From Minisyncoccota bacterium (GTDB taxonomy: Bacteria; Patescibacteriota; Minisyncoccia; Phycocordibacterales; Phycocordibacteraceae): 35,497 bases of DNA. Location of the stretch: the NCBI GenBank assembly GCA_035628215.1, contig DASPKG010000054.1, forward strand, positions 1 through 35,497. The letters run 5' to 3'. Below are positions 31,746 to 35,497 of the stretch, in pieces. How positions within the stretch are numbered: position 1 is the first letter of the stretch; every line of letters begins with the position of its first letter. The notes beneath the pieces were generated by a model. It did not search any database. It worked only from the letters and a program-made list of their open reading frames with translations, and was not told the DNA's origin. Position numbers and translations under genes: made by a program.

Positions 31746-32099
31746 ATGAATATCGAACACTTCAAGGAGCGCCTCTCGACCGAGAAGGCGACGCTCGAGG
31801 CCGAGCTTTCGACCGTGGGGCGCCGCAATCCCGCCAACCCCAACGACTGGGAGGCGATCCCGCAGGAGGTGGGGCAGGAGGCCGATCCGAACGACCAGGC
31901 GGACCTCCTCGAGGGCTTCCGGGAGAACACCGCCATCCTCACGGACCTCGAGAACCGCTACAACGATGTGGTCGCCGCGCTCGAGCGCATCGAGGCGGGT
32001 ACGTACGGCGCCTGCGCGGCCTGCGGTAACCCGATCGAGGAAGATCGGCTCGAAGCGGAGCCCGCGGCGAAGACCTGCAAAGCGCACCTGAACGGCTAG
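31746..32099 (+). CDS. DksA/TraR-family C4-type zinc-finger protein
   Basis: Coiled-coil N-terminus and CAACGNPIEEDRLEAEPAAKTCKAH (C-x2-C-x17-C-x2-H). TAGAGT box 7 nt before the ATG. Confidence 0.8.
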   Translation: MNIEHFKERLSTEKATLEAELSTVGRRNPANPNDWEAIPQEVGQEADPNDQADLLEGFRENTAILTDLENRYNDVVAALERIEAGTYGACAACGNPIEEDRLEAEPAAKTCKAHLNG

Positions 32100-32105
32100 C
32101 CCCTC

Positions 32106-32786
32106 ATGAAGCTCTCCGTCAAGGAATGCCTCTCGTTCGGATGGGAGACGTTCAAGAAGCGGCCGTGGCTCCTTGCGGGAGCGGTCGCGGTCGGCGTGCT
32201 CGTCGATGGGCTCACCTCGCTCATCGAGCGTGCGACCCATGGTTCATACATCCTCGAGCCGCTCGGCGTCCTGCTCGCCATCCTCATTTCCATGCTCTAC
32301 GCGACCGGGCAGACGAACCTCTTCGTGAAGGCCCATGACGATCCGATGTCCGCGCGCGTCGCGGATCTTCTGCACCTCCGCGCGTACTGGCGCTTCCTGT
32401 GCACCTCGATCCTGCTCTGGCTCTTCATCGGGCTGCCGTACCTGGCGCTCGAGTTCCTTTCGGTACCGCCCGTGGTCATGGCGCTCCTCATCATCCCGGC
32501 GCTCATCGTGTCGCTCGTCTTTGGCTTTGCGCTCTACCTCGTCGTAGACCGCGGCATGGGGCCCCTCCAGTCCTTGAAGGAGAGCGCGCAGATCACGCGC
32601 GGGCACCGGCTCGAGCTCTTCCTGCTCTTGCTCGCGATCGTTGGGGTGAACCTGCTCGGCCTTGCGGCGCTCGTCATCGGGCTCTTCGTCTCCGTCCCCG
32701 TAACCGTGCTCGCCATGGTGCACGCGTACCGCATGCTCTCGGGGACGCTCCCGGTGGCGGTTGCGCCCGCGGCCGGAGCGGTCTAG
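32106..32786 (+). CDS. Polytopic membrane protein of unknown function
   Basis: 226 aa with 5-6 predicted TM helices. It starts 7 nt after the DksA-like stop. Confidence 0.65.
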   Translation: MKLSVKECLSFGWETFKKRPWLLAGAVAVGVLVDGLTSLIERATHGSYILEPLGVLLAILISMLYATGQTNLFVKAHDDPMSARVADLLHLRAYWRFLCTSILLWLFIGLPYLALEFLSVPPVVMALLIIPALIVSLVFGFALYLVVDRGMGPLQSLKESAQITRGHRLELFLLLLAIVGVNLLGLAALVIGLFVSVPVTVLAMVHAYRMLSGTLPVAVAPAAGAV

Positions 32787-32800
32787 GCTTGGGGTATCCC

Positions 32801-33487
32801 ATGGCCGCGCTTACGCCCTACCCGTCCTTAACCGACTACCAGCGCTTCGCGGACGCCGTCTACGGCCTGAACAACCGTCGGCACTTCACCGCCGACGAGA
32901 TGCTGACCAATATCCTGCGGTTCACCATGCGGGGCCTCAAGGGCATCCGCAAAGGGGACCCGGAGAAGGTGCGGATGAATATGACGATCGCCATCAGCTG
33001 GACCATGTCGCTCCTGACCCAGCTCGGCGTCGATCTCGAGCGGCACGTCTGGGAGCGCTTCCCGTACCGCTGCTCGTACTGCGGGCAATGCCCCTGCGCC
33101 TGCAAGGCGAAGAAGGTGCAGCGGCGCGTGAAGGTCGTGGTGGACCCCCGAAGGCGCCCGCGCACCATCCGCGACCTCCAGGTCATGTTCAATGAGATCT
33201 ATCCCGCTTCCTCCCGCACCCTCGAGCATGCCGGCATCCATCTCGCGGAAGAGATCGGGGAGTTCTCAGAGGCCGTCATGACCTACCGCGGGAACCATAA
33301 GGATGCCGAATTCGATAAGGTCATCCTCGAGGCCGCGGATCTCTACTCCTGCTTCATGGGTGTCTTCAATTCGCTCGGCATCGATTACGAGAAGGGCCTC
33401 GTCGCCTCCTTCAAGCATGGCTGCCATGCCTGCAAGCACATCCCCTGCGAGTGCGAGTACCAGTACGTGGTGAACTTCAAGTCCTAA
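32801..33487 (+). CDS. MazG-like all-alpha NTP-pyrophosphohydrolase-fold protein, internally duplicated, with two Cys clusters
   Basis: The second half carries HLAEEIGEFSEAV...LEAADLYSC (EExGE / E..D MazG motifs). Each half ends in F..xC-x2-C...PCxC (RCSYCGQCPCAC and GCHACKHIPCEC). Start at the internal ATG 32801 of track ORF 32399..33487. Confidence 0.55.
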   Translation: MAALTPYPSLTDYQRFADAVYGLNNRRHFTADEMLTNILRFTMRGLKGIRKGDPEKVRMNMTIAISWTMSLLTQLGVDLERHVWERFPYRCSYCGQCPCACKAKKVQRRVKVVVDPRRRPRTIRDLQVMFNEIYPASSRTLEHAGIHLAEEIGEFSEAVMTYRGNHKDAEFDKVILEAADLYSCFMGVFNSLGIDYEKGLVASFKHGCHACKHIPCECEYQYVVNFKS

Positions 33488-33510
33488 AAACCCCGCTATG
33501 AGGCGGGGCT
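33486..33510. terminator. Bidirectional hairpin between convergent genes
   Basis: AAAAA-CCCCGC-tatgag-GCGGGG-CTTT. Confidence 0.6.
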
Positions 33511-33515
33511 TTCGG

Positions 33516-34541
33516 TTAGCGCGCGAACGGGTTCTTCGCGCCGCGGACCTCGAAGTGGAGGTGGTTGCCGGTCGAGCGGCCGGTGTTGCCGACGTACCCG
33601 ATGAGGTCGCCCTTGGCGATGGCGCCGCCTGAGACCGCGGTGCGGGACATGTGCGCGTAGAGGGTCTGGGTGCCGTTGCCGTGGCTGATCACGATGTAGT
33701 TACCGTAGCCGCCGTTATAGCCGTCGTTGTTGCGGGCCACGACGACCGTGCCGGCTGCGGCTGCGTAAATAGGGGTGCCGGACGGCGCGGCGATGTCGAC
33801 GCCGTTGTAGCCGTGGACGCCCTGGGAGAGGCGGCCGCCCGGGACGGGGTTGCCGAAGTAGCCGGAGACGGCCGGGAGGTTCCGGGAGGCCGCTGCCGCG
33901 CCGGAGCTCTTCGTGCCCGCGGTCTTCGTGCTCTTAGCGGATGCCTTGGTCGGCAGGGAGCCGCCCGGCACGATGATGTCTGATCCCGCCTTGAGGTCAG
34001 CGGAGGACTCGAGGCCGTTGAAGAGGGCCACTTCCTCGGGGTCCGCGCCGTACTTCTTCGCGATCGCGGCGATGGTGTCGCCCGAGCGCACCGTGTACTG
34101 GAGGCCCGAAACAGGGAGGATGAGGAGCTCATCGCCGGGCTTCACGAGATTCGCGCTCTTAATGTCATTGGCCCACAAAATGGTGTTCACCGTGACCCCG
34201 AAGCGCTCGGCGATCTCGGAGACGTTGTCGCCCTCCTTCACGGTATAGGTCGTGATCTGCCCGCCGCCCTCGCTTGCGGTGGCGGCCGCCTGGCGCGGGG
34301 AGATGGCGCCCTCGGGGCCCATCTTCGCCAGGAGCGCGGCGTCGCCGGACAGCGCGAGGTCGCCGCCGCCCTTGGCGGGGTTGGGGTCGCTATTCACCGC
34401 AGCATCGAGCAATTCCATGCTCGAATCGTGGGTCAGGGTATCGGAAACCTGCGCGCGGGCACCCGCGAACGGCCAGAAGGCGCCCGCAAAGCGGGGGAGG
34501 AGGAGCGCGAGGAGGCTAAGAATGAGGCCTGCCGCAATCAA
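33516..34541 (-). CDS. LysM-domain M23 family metallopeptidase
   Basis: Two LysM repeats (YTVKEGDNVSEIAERFGV...; YTVRSGDTIAAIAKKYG...). M23 core GVDIAAPSGTPIYAAAAG...HGNGTQTLYAHMS...GNTGRSTGNHLHFEV. TTG start is tentative. Confidence 0.88.
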   Translation of the reverse strand: MIAAGLILSLLALLLPRFAGAFWPFAGARAQVSDTLTHDSSMELLDAAVNSDPNPAKGGGDLALSGDAALLAKMGPEGAISPRQAAATASEGGGQITTYTVKEGDNVSEIAERFGVTVNTILWANDIKSANLVKPGDELLILPVSGLQYTVRSGDTIAAIAKKYGADPEEVALFNGLESSADLKAGSDIIVPGGSLPTKASAKSTKTAGTKSSGAAAASRNLPAVSGYFGNPVPGGRLSQGVHGYNGVDIAAPSGTPIYAAAAGTVVVARNNDGYNGGYGNYIVISHGNGTQTLYAHMSRTAVSGGAIAKGDLIGYVGNTGRSTGNHLHFEVRGAKNPFAR

Positions 34542-34840
34542 GGCGGCGGTCGCACGATATGCATTTCCGTTTGCGACTTTCGCGGTGGAACGGGAAGGCT
34601 GTTGAGGATTTGAAATAAGGGAAACGGGGTAGCTTCAGTCGTTCTTCAGAATACAACAAGGCTTACATACGGGGTATATAAGCCTTACTTGGGTATCAGC
34701 GATTCACTCGATGAAGCTAGTATAAAGGGTAGGGAGGCAGGGTCAACCTCAACCGTTGCAGGGTGTTGAAAGCCAATTTTTGGACGATGAGTCAAGTTTT
34801 CCGGGCGTGGACAGGGACTGCGCGGTATATTGCAGGAACG

Positions 34841-35497
34841 ATGCAGCACTTAGAGGGGTTGAACGACGCACAGAAGGAGGCCGTACTTGCGACCGAGGGG
34901 CCGATCTCGGTCCTTGCAGGCGCCGGGAGCGGCAAGACCCGGGTCTTAACTACCCGCATCTACCATTTGATACGCCAGGGGGTCGCGCCGGAGAAGATTC
35001 TGGCGGTCACATTCACGAACAAGGCGGCGCGCGAGATGCGGGAGCGGCTCGCAGAACGGCTCGGGGACTCATCGCTCCCCATCGTCGTGACCTTCCACGG
35101 GCTCGGGCGGATCATCCTCGAGCGCTTCGGCTCGCGGATCGGCGTCCCACGGTATTTCAGCATCTTCGACCGCGACGATTCCGAGCGGGCGGTGAAGGAG
35201 GCCCTGAAGGCGCTCGACGTGGACCCGAAGGAAGTGGCGCCGCGTGCCATCCTCGGGCGCATCAGCAAGGCGAAGGGGGACGGGATCACGGCCCAGCAGT
35301 TCAAGGAGCGGTACGGCCGCGAGAGCTTCCGCAACCGGATCGCCGCAGAGGTCTGGGAGCACTACGACGCCACCTTGAAGAAGGAGAAGGCGCTCGACTT
35401 CGATGACCTCATCTGTCTGCCGGTGCAGCTCCTCGAGGGGCATGAGGACCTGCGGGGCGAAGCGGCGGACCTCTTCTCGCATATCCACGTGGACGAG
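34841..35497 (+). CDS. UvrD/PcrA-family DNA helicase, N-terminal part (continues past the window)
   Basis: My own translation from ATG 34841: MQHLEGLNDAQKEAVLATEGPISVLAGAGSGKTRVLTTRIYHLIRQGVAPEKILAVTFTNKAAREMRERL (motifs Q, I, Ia). The frame is open to the window end. Track ORF 34756..35406 is the wrong frame. Confidence 0.88.
   Translation, partial: MQHLEGLNDAQKEAVLATEGPISVLAGAGSGKTRVLTTRIYHLIRQGVAPEKILAVTFTNKAAREMRERLAERLGDSSLPIVVTFHGLGRIILERFGSRIGVPRYFSIFDRDDSERAVKEALKALDVDPKEVAPRAILGRISKAKGDGITAQQFKERYGRESFRNRIAAEVWEHYDATLKKEKALDFDDLICLPVQLLEGHEDLRGEAADLFSHIHVDE

Noticed and set aside
34756-35406. 216-aa ORF at the right end
   Set aside because: It is off-frame relative to the UvrD/PcrA helicase reading frame, which starts at 34841 and carries the Q, I and Ia motifs.

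Overview
This is a compact 35.5-kb bacterial chromosomal segment with a high-GC backbone (by eye about 60-65%) and several lower-GC patches. Most of it is housekeeping: a partial pilin, pilC, pilB, an IMPase-family gene, nusA, ppa, clpP, rny, hup, rarA, lysA, cca, xth, a NUDIX gene, xerC/D, an SPFH gene, rpsO, an NYN gene, a DksA-like gene, a LysM-M23 peptidase and the 5' part of uvrD/pcrA. There are four tRNAs: Gly-UCC, Pro-UGG, Gly-GCC and Arg-UCG. The gene content suggests a Patescibacteria/CPR-like or similarly streamlined lineage, but that is inference only: type IV pilus genes, three TrmB-like wHTH regulators, RNase Y, proline-rich membrane proteins, and many ATG starts 6-7 nt after a TATACT-like box (leaderless design). 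Many long ORFs in the track are antisense or off-frame artefacts of high GC and are rejected. Two loci look most worth following up. (1) At 8241-10068, a TrmB-like regulator lies divergent to an unannotated 43-codon Ser-rich ORF with an internal repeat, followed by a hairpin and then a stand-alone YcaO enzyme. This is a candidate minimal RiPP-like system. (2) At 16662-19233, a lower-GC cassette that uses Shine-Dalgarno sites encodes a TIGR02001/Gcw_chp-like beta-barrel protein, a 45-aa Cys/TM peptide, a CmoA-like SAM methyltransferase and an atypical beta-class DNA methyltransferase. The two methyltransferase units are each preceded by a paralogous two-hairpin leader that sequesters the SD and shows compensatory stem changes, making it a candidate undescribed cis-regulatory RNA. 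No CRISPR array, transposase, reverse transcriptase or rRNA was seen.
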